Position numbers and translations under genes: made by a program | Source: an uncultured delta proteobacterium | GTDB taxonomy: Bacteria; Myxococcota_A; UBA9160; JAFDET01 | DNA: 64,000 nucleotides | Assembly (NCBI GenBank): GCA_947259215.1 | Contig: CAMYLJ010000017.1 | Location: forward strand, 67,878 to 131,877 | Direction of reading: 5' to 3' | The notes under the pieces: generated by a model | The model's database searches: none | Seen by the model: only the letters and a program-made list of their open reading frames with translations | Told to the model about the DNA's origin: nothing | Shown here: positions 45,565 through 56,274 of the stretch, one piece after another | Position numbering within the stretch: position 1 is the first letter of the stretch | Layout of the letters: each line of letters opens with the position of its first letter

Positions 45565-46548
45565 TCAGCTCGAGTCGGCCCGAGCTGCCGGCAGCACCTT
45601 GCCGGCCAGCAGCTCGAGGGATGGCCAGGCGAGCTCCCGGGGAATCCCGCCCGCGAGGGGCTGGGTCAGGAACACGCCGTGGCTTCGCAGGTGGGACACG
45701 GCCTCTTCGGGCGTGAAGATCCGGTAGTTGCCCTGCTCGGCACGCAGGGCCTCGACGTCGCCGGCGACGGACTTGGTGATCGAGCCGGCGTCGCCCAGCC
45801 ACTCCGCGTACATGAGGGCGTCGTGCAGCAGGTACGGCCCGATCTCCGCCCAGGCGCGGTCCGGATCCTCGGCGACGAAGCACGAAGTGGGCGCGTCGCC
45901 GACGGGGTTGATGAAGAGCCCCGGGGTCGTTCCGGCCTCCTCGCACGCGCTGCGGTAGAGCGCCTCGAGGCTCGGGTCGCCGCCCTGGGTGATCATGCCC
46001 AGCCCGAGGCGCGCCGCGCGGCGCACCGCCGCCGGCGCGTTGCCGCCCATCAGGAGGGTGGGACCCCCCGGCGACGTCGGCGTGGGCGTGACGCACACCG
46101 GGCGGCCTTCGAACTCGAAGGGCTCGCCGCGCCAGGCCGTGCGCAGGGTCTGGATGCACTGCTCCAGCCGCCGGCCTCGGCCCTTCATCTGCCGTCCGAA
46201 CATGGCGTACTCGAGCGGGCGGTAGCCGATGGCGCAGACGTACGAGACGCGGCCGCGAGAGAGCACGTCCAGCACCGCCATCTGCTCGGCCAGCTCGATG
46301 GGATCGTGCAGGGGCACCAGCAGCGCGGCCACCTGGATCGGAACGCGCTGCGTGCGCGCGGCCAGCGCGGAGGCCAGGACCAGGGGCGCCGACAGGTAGC
46401 CGTCGGGTGAGGCGTGGTGCTCCGAGACCTGCACCGCGAGGCAGCCCCGCTCCTCGCCCCAGGCCGCCATCTCGAGCGCGCTGGCGTAGAGGGCCGGTGC
46501 CGAAGCGGGCCCGTCCTTCGCGCGCATGTCGAAGCGCAGGGTGAACAC
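45565..46548 (-). CDS. LLM-class (luciferase-like) flavin-dependent oxidoreductase
   Basis: QVSEHHASPDGYLSAPLVLASALAARTQRVPI and LDVLSRGRV. Confidence 0.8.
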   Translation of the reverse strand: MFTLRFDMRAKDGPASAPALYASALEMAAWGEERGCLAVQVSEHHASPDGYLSAPLVLASALAARTQRVPIQVAALLVPLHDPIELAEQMAVLDVLSRGRVSYVCAIGYRPLEYAMFGRQMKGRGRRLEQCIQTLRTAWRGEPFEFEGRPVCVTPTPTSPGGPTLLMGGNAPAAVRRAARLGLGMITQGGDPSLEALYRSACEEAGTTPGLFINPVGDAPTSCFVAEDPDRAWAEIGPYLLHDALMYAEWLGDAGSITKSVAGDVEALRAEQGNYRIFTPEEAVSHLRSHGVFLTQPLAGGIPRELAWPSLELLAGKVLPAARADSS

Positions 46549-46551
46549 GGC

Positions 46552-47328
46552 TCAGCGCATCAGCTCGCCGCCGTTCACCAGCAGCGACTGCCCCGTGATC
46601 ATGCGCGCCCGGTCCGAGAGCAGGAACGCCACGGCCTGGGCCACGTCCTCGTCGGCGGCCATCTCGCCCAGCGGGATGCCCGCCTGGATCTCCTCGATCA
46701 CCTGCTCCTCCGGGATCTCGCGGGTCCTGGCCGTCATCCGGACGTAGAGCTGGACCGGCGGGCCCCACATCCAGCTCGGGACCACCGTGTTGACGCGGAT
46801 CTTGTCCGCGCCGAGCTCCTTGGCCAGGTAGAACATGCTCGAGAGGAGCGCGCCCTTGGAGGCGGCGTAGCCCATCTGCTCGATCAGCGGCAGGTACATG
46901 GACTGGGAGCCGATCAGCACCACCGAGCCGCCGCCGCCCGCCTTCATGGCCTCGGCGGCCGGACGCAGGAGCTGCATGGTGCCGACCACGTTGGTGTCGA
47001 ACGCCTTGCGCCAGGCCTCGAAGTCGCTCTGGTAGAGGTCGCCCATGGCGTACTCGAAGGCGGCCACCTGCACCAGCCCGTCGAGGCCCCCGAAGCGGGT
47101 CCCGGCCTCGCCCACGATGCGGGCGCAGGCCTCGGGGTCGGTGATGTCGGTGGGGACGACGGCGACGCGTTCGCCGGACGGGTCCGCTTCTGCCGCGACC
47201 GCATCGAGCTGGTCCTTGGTGCGCGCGCCGATCACCACCTTGGCGCCGTCGCGCACGCACTGGCAGGCGACCTCGCGGCCGAGGCCGCTCCCAACGCCCG
47301 TGACGAGGATGGTCTTGCCGTCGAGCAT
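46552..47328 (-). CDS. SDR-family oxidoreductase
   Basis: TGVGSGLG and YAASK. ATG at 47328. Confidence 0.85.
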   Translation of the reverse strand: MLDGKTILVTGVGSGLGREVACQCVRDGAKVVIGARTKDQLDAVAAEADPSGERVAVVPTDITDPEACARIVGEAGTRFGGLDGLVQVAAFEYAMGDLYQSDFEAWRKAFDTNVVGTMQLLRPAAEAMKAGGGGSVVLIGSQSMYLPLIEQMGYAASKGALLSSMFYLAKELGADKIRVNTVVPSWMWGPPVQLYVRMTARTREIPEEQVIEEIQAGIPLGEMAADEDVAQAVAFLLSDRARMITGQSLLVNGGELMR

Positions 47329-47360
47329 CCCACCCAGCGTACGCGAGGCCCGCGCTCCCG

Positions 47361-48062
47361 TCAGCCGTCCTCTCGGCGCGGCGGCGGGGGCATGGCCAGG
47401 CCGCGGATCGGGCAGCGTCCGTTCGAGATCAGGACCAGGTAGGGCGGCCGCTCCAGGTACTCCATGGACGCCGTCTTGCGCCCGAGGACGTTCTCGCACT
47501 CGGGCGCGTTTCGCACCACCGCCACGATGTCGTAGCCGCCGACGACGCCGACGGCGCCTGTCAGTGGGAACCGGCCGCGCAGGAAGGCGAACTCCTCGTC
47601 GGAGTGGATCAGCTGGTAGCGGGCCTGGGCGCGGGGCCGCATGGGGCCGTCGATCCCGGTCCGCGCGTTGCGACGCGAGCGGCGCCACTCCTGGAGGGTG
47701 AGGGTTCCGATGGGGTCGCAGTGGTCGCCCGCGGCGTCGCGGAGCTCGCCGTAGGTGCCCTGGTCCGCCCAGGTGAGCGAGGCCTCGGGCTGGAGCAGAC
47801 GTCGGCAGGTGGGGGTGTCCGGGAAGAGGTAGCGGAGCTGCCCCTCCTCGCCGGAGACGACCCAGCCCTCCAGGTACCCCGCCCGCTCGGACACGGTCTG
47901 CACGGTGGCCGCCGACTTCGTGCCCGGGACGGCGCGCTTGAGCTGGGCTCCCAGGCCTGCGTCGCGGCCTTCCTGGGCGCCCGCGCCGACGGCAATCGCC
48001 AGCGCCGTCGCGAGCGCGAGCGCCGCGGGCGGACGGAGGCTCGAGGGTGTGGACCTAGACAC
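47361..48062 (-). CDS. Secreted hypothetical protein (233 aa, four Cys)
   Basis: GTG start overlaps the upstream stop by 8 nt. Signal peptide ALALATALAIAVGAGA. I recognised no family. Confidence 0.6.
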   Translation of the reverse strand: MSRSTPSSLRPPAALALATALAIAVGAGAQEGRDAGLGAQLKRAVPGTKSAATVQTVSERAGYLEGWVVSGEEGQLRYLFPDTPTCRRLLQPEASLTWADQGTYGELRDAAGDHCDPIGTLTLQEWRRSRRNARTGIDGPMRPRAQARYQLIHSDEEFAFLRGRFPLTGAVGVVGGYDIVAVVRNAPECENVLGRKTASMEYLERPPYLVLISNGRCPIRGLAMPPPPRREDG

Positions 48063-48381
48063 CGCACTCCCGCTTGATCTCGGCGATCTTGGCGTCGAGC
48101 TGCTTGTTGTACTCGCCGACCGCGACCTCGAGCTTGTCGCCCTCCGTCATGGTCAGGATGCCGAGCGCCGCACCCGCCGGGGTGACGGAGGTGGCTCCGA
48201 GGACGACGCGCTCCGCCACGTTCGACTTCTCCTTTTGGAGGATCTTGACGTCCCGCTCGGCCGTGGCGCAGTGCACCGGTGCCTTCAGCTCTTCCTGGCC
48301 CAGCTTCGTCTTTCCGGTGCAGCTGGCAGACAGAGCGCCGACGAGGGCGATGGAGAGCACAGCGACGACGGTTCGAATCAT
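48055..48381 (-). CDS. Small lipoprotein (108 aa), unknown function
   Basis: ATG 48381 after GGAGGA. Lipobox LSASC. Lys-rich mature part. Confidence 0.65.
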   Translation of the reverse strand: MIRTVVAVLSIALVGALSASCTGKTKLGQEELKAPVHCATAERDVKILQKEKSNVAERVVLGATSVTPAGAALGILTMTEGDKLEVAVGEYNKQLDAKIAEIKRECGV

Positions 48382-48518
48382 GGTTCCTCCTTCGGGGTTC
48401 GCCCGGGAAGGATTCTTACGGATCCGGGCCGGGTTCGTCGAGCCGCCAGGCGTGTCGTTGGCGGCGGCCACCCGAGCTGTGGCAGCCTTCCGCCCCGGGG
48501 CGGTGGACGGAGGCTCGC

Positions 48519-49562
<1,044 letters not shown>

Positions 49563-49575
49563 CCACGCTCGGCGG

Positions 49576-50670
49576 CTAGATGCCGTAGACCCCGAGTCCG
49601 CGGCCGAACGGCGCGCTGCCGTCCGGGTCGTGACCCGAGCACGGGGCCTCGGCCTGCCACAAGGGCTCCCAGCAGCCGTGTTTCTCGAGGAGCGCGCGCG
49701 CGTCCGCCGCGGCGCGCTCGTCCAGCGTCTGGAAGTGGGCGCGCAGCCGCTCCAGGCACCAGACCCGGTAGCGCGAGGTCGGGAGCCGGTAGCGCACCCC
49801 CTGGATGTCCACGTCGAAGTGGCGCCGGCCCGCGCGCAGGGCCGCGGCGTTGGCGTTCAGATAGGGCAGGTAGGCCGAGCCGATCTCGCCCAGGATGCGG
49901 GCCCAGTCGGCGGGCACGCCGGCGACCAGCGCGCCGTTGCCGAGCCGGGTGCCCCGCGCGTCCCACGTCCGTCCCAGCCAGGCCCACACCCCCGGCGCAC
50001 GCTCGCGCATGATGGCCGAGGGCGTCGGGTCGAGGCCGAAGTGGCGGAACATCGACGCGAAGAAGCCGAAGTCCGCGAGCGTCGGACGCGCGCCCAGCAG
50101 GAAGGGGCGCGCGTCGAAGATGGTCTCGAGCTGGTCGAGGGCGCGGAAGTAGGCCGCCTCCACGTGCGGGCGGGTGGCGCGGGTCACGCCGTCGCCCCGC
50201 ACGTAGTACGTCCGCTGGCGCAGACGCATGAGGAGGCGCTTCAGCGCGCCGGGCAGCGGCACGCCTGGCGTCAGCTCGTCCACGAGCGCCCGCGAGCGCG
50301 CCATCGCGTCCGGGCGGTAGCTCCAGCGGTAGTGCATGGCGGGGCGCCAGAGCCACTCGTCCGCGTAGTCCTCGACCAGTCGGCTCGTGAAGGCCTGCAC
50401 GGGATCCGCCGGGATCACCGCGGGCTCCGGGCGCCGGGTCTCCAGCCAGTCGATGATCGGCGTGGTGTCGGTCAGCCAGCGTCCGTCGGGCAGCTCGACG
50501 GCCGGCATCTGGGCCGCGCCCGTCTTCTCGGTCACGGTCCTCCAGAAGCGCGGCGTCATGGCGATGCACTCGTAGGGGATCTCCTTGTAGCGGAGGTATG
50601 CCTCGAGCTTGCCCGTGTAGTAGGAGATGCGGGAGCCGTAGACGCGGAGCGGGGCTGCGGGGAAGCTCAT
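49576..50670 (-). CDS. GST-family protein (long form, 364 aa)
   Basis: Thioredoxin-like N-terminus (RISYYTGKLEAYLRYKEIPYE), VEDYADEW...HYRW. Paralogous to the upstream gene. ATG 50670 shares 1 nt with the upstream TGA. Confidence 0.75.
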   Translation of the reverse strand: MSFPAAPLRVYGSRISYYTGKLEAYLRYKEIPYECIAMTPRFWRTVTEKTGAAQMPAVELPDGRWLTDTTPIIDWLETRRPEPAVIPADPVQAFTSRLVEDYADEWLWRPAMHYRWSYRPDAMARSRALVDELTPGVPLPGALKRLLMRLRQRTYYVRGDGVTRATRPHVEAAYFRALDQLETIFDARPFLLGARPTLADFGFFASMFRHFGLDPTPSAIMRERAPGVWAWLGRTWDARGTRLGNGALVAGVPADWARILGEIGSAYLPYLNANAAALRAGRRHFDVDIQGVRYRLPTSRYRVWCLERLRAHFQTLDERAAADARALLEKHGCWEPLWQAEAPCSGHDPDGSAPFGRGLGVYGI

Positions 50671-51695
50671 CACACGGCTCGAGGGAAGAGGGCGTCGCAG
50701 CCGGTTCCGGCCAGGGCTGCGTCCACCGCCGCGCGATCGCCCGGCGCGAGCGCGGCACAGGCCTCGCGCAGCCAGGCGAGGCACTTGCCCTGGTACCGGA
50801 AGGGCTTCTGGGTGTACGGCTTCCCGTCGACCTCACACGCCACCTCGTCCGCCCCGCCGTCCAGCGCGCGCGCGTTGGCCAGCAGGAAGGGCGCGTAGGT
50901 CCGGCCGATCTCGCAGAGCAGCGGGTGCAGGGTCTCGCGCAGCGCCTCGCGCCCGAGCCAGTCGCCGTCGGCCACGTCCAGTCCCGAGAGGTCCTCCACC
51001 ACCTCGCACCAGGCCACCACGCGCGGGGCGATCTCCCGGGCGAGCGCCTGGGAGGTGGGCTCCACCTGGACCAGCTGGGTCAGCTGCCCGTGAAGCGCGA
51101 AGTCCCCGGTCCCGGGACGGTCGCCCATCACGAACTTGTGGGTCTGGAAGTGCGTCTCGAGGATCTCGAGCAGACGCGTGTAGCTGGCCTCGATCAGCGG
51201 TGCGGTGGCCGCATGCGAGCCCACCACGCCGAGCCGTCCGATCTGGCGCTCGGCGAACGTGGTCTCGAACTTCCTCGCCAGCTTCTCGGGCACGGCCAGG
51301 TTCCAGCGCGGGAGCAGGCGGCTCGCCCACTCGGCGTTCTCCGGGATCGCCCAGCGGTAGTGGAACATCAGCTTGGTGACCCACTCGTCGGCGTAGTCCT
51401 CGACCAGGAAGTCGACGAGCGCCACGGCGGGGTCGGCGGGGATGGCGCTGCGCTCGGGGTAGGCCTCCTCCAGGCGGCGGATCTGGAAGGTGGAGTCGCT
51501 GATCGCTTCGTAGCCGTCGGCGACGGGCAGGTAGACCGCCGGCAGCAGCGGCAGGGGCGGCGGGCCGAGCTTCGGGTGCGTCGGCCCGGTGGCCATCACG
51601 AAGTGGTGCGGGATGCGCCGGTAGCGCAGCAGCGCGCGCATCTTGCGCGTGTAGGGAGAGCCCGGAGCTCCCACGATCTCGACGGGTGCGGTCAT
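50670..51695 (-). CDS. GST-family protein (long form, 341 aa)
   Basis: GSPYTRKMRALLRYRRIPH, VEDYADEW...HYRW and the C-terminal helical domain. Confidence 0.75.
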   Translation of the reverse strand: MTAPVEIVGAPGSPYTRKMRALLRYRRIPHHFVMATGPTHPKLGPPPLPLLPAVYLPVADGYEAISDSTFQIRRLEEAYPERSAIPADPAVALVDFLVEDYADEWVTKLMFHYRWAIPENAEWASRLLPRWNLAVPEKLARKFETTFAERQIGRLGVVGSHAATAPLIEASYTRLLEILETHFQTHKFVMGDRPGTGDFALHGQLTQLVQVEPTSQALAREIAPRVVAWCEVVEDLSGLDVADGDWLGREALRETLHPLLCEIGRTYAPFLLANARALDGGADEVACEVDGKPYTQKPFRYQGKCLAWLREACAALAPGDRAAVDAALAGTGCDALFPRAV

Positions 51696-51833
51696 GGCGC
51701 TCCTGTCTCCGGTCGCGTCGGAGGCCCACGCTAGGCGCGACGGTCCCGCCCGGTCAAGGCGGGCCGGAGTTGCCCGGAAGTGAAACGTGTTCTACTCCTG
51801 GGTTCCCGGGAGTCGAACCCGCGAGGAGAGCCC

Positions 51834-52637
51834 ATGGCCGAGCCCGCCGTCGTGATCGAGAAGGAGGGACCCGTCCTCACGCTCACCCTGAACCGCCCCG
51901 CGAAGAAGAACGCCGTCAATTGCGAGGCCCTGTGCCGCCTGTACGACGCCTGGGTCCTGCTCGACGGGGACGACGCGCTGCGCGTGGCGATCCTCACGGG
52001 CCGCGGCGACACCTTCTGCGCCGGGATGGACCTCGCGGAGATCGGCAAGCTGCAGCAGGGCATCGCCGACAACGAGTGGATGCTGCGCGTGCAGAAGGAG
52101 CCCCACGTGATCTTCGGGGGCTGGCTCAAGACCTACCGCCCGACGAAGCCGGTGATCCTGGCGGCCGAGGGCTTCGCGCGCGCCGGCGGGACCGAGATCC
52201 TCCAGGGCACGGACATCCGGGTGGCGGGCGAGAGCGCGATGTTCGGCGTCACCGAGGTGCAGCGCGGCCTGTTTCCGATGGCGGGCTCCGCGGTCCGGCT
52301 GCGGCGGCAGATCGGCTACGCGGTGGCGGCGGAGATGCTCCTCGCCGGCGAGGACCTGCCGGCGCGCCGCGCCTACGAGCTGGGCCTGGTGAACCACGTG
52401 GTGCCCGACGGGCAGGCGCTGGTGAAGGCCCGGGAGATCGCCCAGCGCATCGCCGACAACGGCCCGCTGGCCGTGAAGGCGATCCTCGCCACCCTGCGGG
52501 AGACCGAGACGCTTTCCGAGGAGGAGGCGTTCGTGATCGAGCAGAAGCACGGCATGCAGGTCATGACCTCCAAAGACGCCGTCGAGGGTCCGCGGGCCTT
52601 CCTCGAGAAGCGGAAGCCCGTCTTCCAGGGCCGCTAG
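51834..52637 (+). CDS. Enoyl-CoA hydratase/isomerase (crotonase family)
   Basis: LTLNRPAKKNA and GDTFCAGMDL. SD GAGGAGAG. Confidence 0.9.
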   Translation: MAEPAVVIEKEGPVLTLTLNRPAKKNAVNCEALCRLYDAWVLLDGDDALRVAILTGRGDTFCAGMDLAEIGKLQQGIADNEWMLRVQKEPHVIFGGWLKTYRPTKPVILAAEGFARAGGTEILQGTDIRVAGESAMFGVTEVQRGLFPMAGSAVRLRRQIGYAVAAEMLLAGEDLPARRAYELGLVNHVVPDGQALVKAREIAQRIADNGPLAVKAILATLRETETLSEEEAFVIEQKHGMQVMTSKDAVEGPRAFLEKRKPVFQGR

Positions 52638-52702
52638 ACGACCCCGTTCCCAAAGCTAGCTTCGCGAGGCGCTCGGGAATCCGCCCGAGCAGGAGGCGGC
52701 TC

Positions 52703-53305
52703 GTGAAGATCCATGACTTCGCGCCCGCGCCGAATCCGACCAAGCTGCGCGTCTACCTGAACGAGAAGGGGATCGAGATTCCGCGCGTGGTGGTGAACCT
52801 GGTCGAGGGCCAGCAGAACCAGGAGCCCTTCCTCAGTCTGAACCCGCTCGGGGGGGTGCCGGTGCTGGAGCTCGACGACGGCACCACGCTCTGCGAGTCC
52901 CTGGCGATCATCGAGTACTTCGAGGAGCTCCACCCCGAGCCGCCCATGATCGGAAGCGACCCGCTGGAGCGCGCGAAGGTGCGGGAGATCGAGCGCACCA
53001 TCGATCTCGGCGTGCTGGGACGCCTGGCGCGGATCGTCCACGCCTCGCGTTCGCCGCTGCCGGGCGTGAAGCCGATGCCGGAGCTGGCGGAGCGCGAGCG
53101 GGCCCGCCTGCCGCGGGTCCTCGGCGTGGTGAACGCGCGCATCGGCTCCCAGCCCTTCGTCTGCGGCGAGCGACCGACCATCGCCGACTGCACGCTCTTC
53201 GCCGGGCTTCGCTTCGGCCAGTTCGGCGGCGTCGAGATCCCCGGCGAGTTCGCCAACGTGCACCGCTGGTACGAGTCCTTCTCCGCGCGTCCCAGCACCC
53301 AGTAG
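52703..53305 (+). CDS. Glutathione S-transferase
   Basis: GTG after AGGAGG. PNPTKLRVYLNEKGI, GGVPVLELDDG and ESLAIIEYFEE. Confidence 0.85.
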   Translation: MKIHDFAPAPNPTKLRVYLNEKGIEIPRVVVNLVEGQQNQEPFLSLNPLGGVPVLELDDGTTLCESLAIIEYFEELHPEPPMIGSDPLERAKVREIERTIDLGVLGRLARIVHASRSPLPGVKPMPELAERERARLPRVLGVVNARIGSQPFVCGERPTIADCTLFAGLRFGQFGGVEIPGEFANVHRWYESFSARPSTQ

Positions 53306-53591
53306 GACACGTCGTCGCGCCGCGGCAGGTCGGGGCGAAACGCGACAAGGGCTCGCCCGGATCCGGGGCAGGGCGCCTCACGGATCGCTCCTGCGCCCCC
53401 TCGCTCCGTTCCTGGACCGGCACGCAGCATGCAACTCAGCGACCGAAGATCGCGAAGCCGGCGTTCCGTTCCGGGGACCGGCTGCGGAAGCGCGGGAATT
53501 GCGGAAACGACGACTGCACCGGAATCGACCCCCGGACGGAGCGCCCGGCTGGCGGAGACGGTCGGGCTTCGCCGGGATCGGGGCTGCGCAG

Positions 53592-53597
53592 TACACT
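53592..53597 (+). promoter_or_regulatory. -10 element TACACT, 7 nt upstream of ATG 53605 (leaderless candidate)
   Basis: cagTACACTggggctcATG. Confidence 0.4.
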
Positions 53598-53604
53598 GGG
53601 GCTC

Positions 53605-54153
53605 ATGGGAGATTCCGTGGGCCCCCGCTCTGCGTTCGTCGGCCTCGCTCTGGCGGCCCTGGCTCTGGGGCTTGGATGCGCCACGGCCGCCAAGCCCGAC
53701 GGGATGGTGGCGACCCGGGTCGTTCCCGCGCAGGGCGCCGCCGAGACCGTCAGCATCCGCGTCTGCGGGGGGCGCGCCACCTTCCCCCTGGGCCGCTCGC
53801 AGATCTCGAACGACGGACTCTACGAGGCGGTGGCGCGCTCGCTAGCGGAGTCGGGCCTGCTGCGCCCGGTCTACGACGCCGTGAGCGACTACCACCTGGA
53901 CGTCTGCATCGCGTCCGTGGACCAGCCCCATTGGGCCTTCCCCATGACGGTGGAGCTGGTGACCGACTGGGCCCTCACGCCCAAGGACTGGAGCTCGCCG
54001 CTCTGGGAGGAGACCCTCCACGTGCGTCACAAGGAGCCCTTCGAGCGCGAGTTCTTCGGGATCAAGCGCCTGCGGCTGGCCACCGAGGGCGCGGCCCGGG
54101 AGACGATCGGCGCTGCGCTGGAGGAGATCGGCCGCCAGCTCGACGAGCGCTAG
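53605..54153 (+). CDS. Lipoprotein (182 aa), unknown function
   Basis: Lipobox LGLGC. GC3-rich, with no recognised family. Confidence 0.65.
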   Translation: MGDSVGPRSAFVGLALAALALGLGCATAAKPDGMVATRVVPAQGAAETVSIRVCGGRATFPLGRSQISNDGLYEAVARSLAESGLLRPVYDAVSDYHLDVCIASVDQPHWAFPMTVELVTDWALTPKDWSSPLWEETLHVRHKEPFEREFFGIKRLRLATEGAARETIGAALEEIGRQLDER

Positions 54154-55340
54154 GCCGCCACCCGCACGGGCATCTTCTGGATGCCGGTGATGAAGTTCGA
54201 CGCCCGTCGGGGGAGCGGCGCGTCGCTCACCAGCTCCAGGTCCGGCAGCCCGCGCACCAGCTCCTCGAACATCACCCGCAGCTCGAGCCGCGCCAGGCTG
54301 GCGCCCAGGCAGAAGTGGGTGCCGTAGCCGCCGAAGGCCAGGTGGTCGTTGGGCTCGCGGGTCACGTCGAAGCGGAAGGGATCGTCGAAGACCGTCTCGT
54401 CGCGGTTGCCCGAGGGGTACAGCAGCAGCAGCTTGTCGCCCTCGCGGATCTTCTGGCCCCGGACCTCCACGTCTTCCAGGGCGGTGCGGTTCATGTTCTG
54501 GATGGGCGAGACCCAGCGCAGCATCTCCTCCACCGCCGTCGGGATGCGCCCGGGGTCGTCCAGCAGCAGGCGCAGCTGGTCCGGGTTGCGCAGGAGCTGC
54601 TCCATGCCGCCCGAGATCACGTGGCGCGTCGTCTCGTCGCCGCCCACCAGGATCAGGAGCGACTCGTGCAGGAGCGCCTCTTCGTTAAGGCCCTCGCCGT
54701 CGATCCGTGCGTGCACGAGCACGCTCAGCAGGTCGTCCGTCGGGTTCGTGCGTCGCTCGGCGGCGGTCCGGGTGTGGTAGGCGTGGTACTCGCCGAAGGC
54801 GCGGGCGGCGCGCGCCATCACCTCCGGGTCGGCGGTGGCGGAGGTGCCGTCGATCAGGTCGTCGGACCAGCGCAGCAGCATGTCGTGGTCCTCGGGTGCC
54901 ACGCCGAGCATGTCGCCGATCACGCTCATCGGCAGCGGCGCCGCCACGTCCGCCACGAAGTCGAAGGCGCCCCGGGCCCGGGCGGCCTCGATCAGGTCCG
55001 TGCAGATGGCGCGGATGCGCGGCTCGTGGTCGGCCACGCGGCGCGGTGTGAAGCCGCGGTTCACGAGGTTCCGCCGCTTCATGTGCTCCGGGTCGTCCAT
55101 GTTCACCATGGACGGGATCGGGGGAGAGTCCGGGCGCTGGCCGTGGCGGTTGCAGAAGACTTCGGGCCGCTTCGAGAGCTGCTGGATGTCCGCGTGCAGC
55201 GTGATCCCCCAGACCCCGCTCTTCTCGTCCTGATAGACCGGCGCGTTCGCCCGCATCCAGGCGAAGTGGGAGTGCGGATCGTCGGCGTAGAAACGGCCGT
55301 CGAGGAGATCGATCTCGGGCTTTCGCGGGTGATCGGACAT
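54150..55340 (-). CDS. Cytochrome P450
   Basis: Heme loop FGGYGTHFCLGASLA, EEMLRW and GGDETT. SD GGAGGAG. Confidence 0.9.
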   Translation of the reverse strand: MSDHPRKPEIDLLDGRFYADDPHSHFAWMRANAPVYQDEKSGVWGITLHADIQQLSKRPEVFCNRHGQRPDSPPIPSMVNMDDPEHMKRRNLVNRGFTPRRVADHEPRIRAICTDLIEAARARGAFDFVADVAAPLPMSVIGDMLGVAPEDHDMLLRWSDDLIDGTSATADPEVMARAARAFGEYHAYHTRTAAERRTNPTDDLLSVLVHARIDGEGLNEEALLHESLLILVGGDETTRHVISGGMEQLLRNPDQLRLLLDDPGRIPTAVEEMLRWVSPIQNMNRTALEDVEVRGQKIREGDKLLLLYPSGNRDETVFDDPFRFDVTREPNDHLAFGGYGTHFCLGASLARLELRVMFEELVRGLPDLELVSDAPLPRRASNFITGIQKMPVRVAA

Positions 55341-55497
55341 GACTCCTCCGGGTGCGCAGGGTGCCAGAGGAGCGGTTCGCCGTCGAGCGCGCTTGCGGGA
55401 GCGCTCCGCCGCGGTCTCGATGTGCTTTTGAAGAGTTCTTGAGAGCGCGGCACGCGGGCGTGCCCGATGCTGGCGGCACCCCGTCGCGGAAAGCGGC

Positions 55498-56274
55498 ATG
55501 AGCCCCGAGACGCGCATCGCGATCCAGCTCGTATTCTGGTCGGCCGCCTTCTGGGTGGGCCTGGCTGGCTTCCATCGTCGCGCCGGCGCCCGCGCGCTTC
55601 CGCGCCAGGCCGCAGCCCTCGCGTTGGGAGCGCTGGCCTCCCATGCGGGCGGGCGCCTCCTGCAGCCCTGGACCGCGGCCGCCGGCCCGAGCGTGCTCTT
55701 CGTTCCGCTCGGCGTCCTGCTGCTGGCGCCCCTCCGCACGGGCGAGCGGCGCGCCTTCCTGCCGGCCGGCCTCGCTGCGTTGCCCCCCGCGCTGGCGGTG
55801 GCCCGGCTCGGATGTCTGGCGGGCGGCTGCTGCGGCGCACCCGTGGCGCCGGCCCTCGGCGCGAGCGCGCTGCTGGCGCTGAGTGCGCTCGTCGCGCGCT
55901 TGCCCGAGGCGTGCATTCCCCCGACGGTGCTGGCGGGTGTCGCCGCCGTGCGCGCCGCGTCCGAGCCCCTGCGGCCCGTCGCCGTCTCCGGTCCCGCGTC
56001 GCTTTCCCCGGCCGTGGTCGCCACGGCCTGGATCGTCGCCGCCGCCGCGCCCTGGGCGCGCGCGGGTGGTCCTCGCCCCGCCCGATCGAGGATTCGTCGT
56101 GAACGCAAGAAGCTGGAGGGCTGTAGAAGGTTCGATTCTGGGGATGGCGCTGGCCGCGCTGGTGGCCGGGACGTGTCAGCCGGCGCAGCCGCTGGCGCCG
56201 CTGGCGGGAGTCGTCGAATACCGCGCGCCGGGCCTGGTGCGGCTGCCGGGAGGCCTCTACGACGTGGCGGCTGA
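55498..56274 (+). CDS. Polytopic membrane protein, possibly Lgt-like (prolipoprotein diacylglyceryl transferase family)
   Basis: It has 5-6 hydrophobic helices and GC3-rich codons. The loop ARLGCLAGGCCGAP recalls the G-C-x-x-G-C-C-x-G loop of distant Lgt-like proteins. The last ~60 codons are Arg/Gly-rich and overlap the RHS start region. Confidence 0.45.
   Translation: MSPETRIAIQLVFWSAAFWVGLAGFHRRAGARALPRQAAALALGALASHAGGRLLQPWTAAAGPSVLFVPLGVLLLAPLRTGERRAFLPAGLAALPPALAVARLGCLAGGCCGAPVAPALGASALLALSALVARLPEACIPPTVLAGVAAVRAASEPLRPVAVSGPASLSPAVVATAWIVAAAAPWARAGGPRPARSRIRRERKKLEGCRRFDSGDGAGRAGGRDVSAGAAAGAAGGSRRIPRAGPGAAAGRPLRRGG

Noticed and set aside
51807-51821. tRNA-like T-arm sequence on the minus strand (cgggttcgactcccg), a possible tRNA remnant or att site.
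   Set aside because: Only a 4-bp T-stem forms. There is no acceptor, anticodon arm or CCA around it. It differs from the tRNA-Lys 3' end and lies in the 5' leader just before the crotonase SD/ATG.
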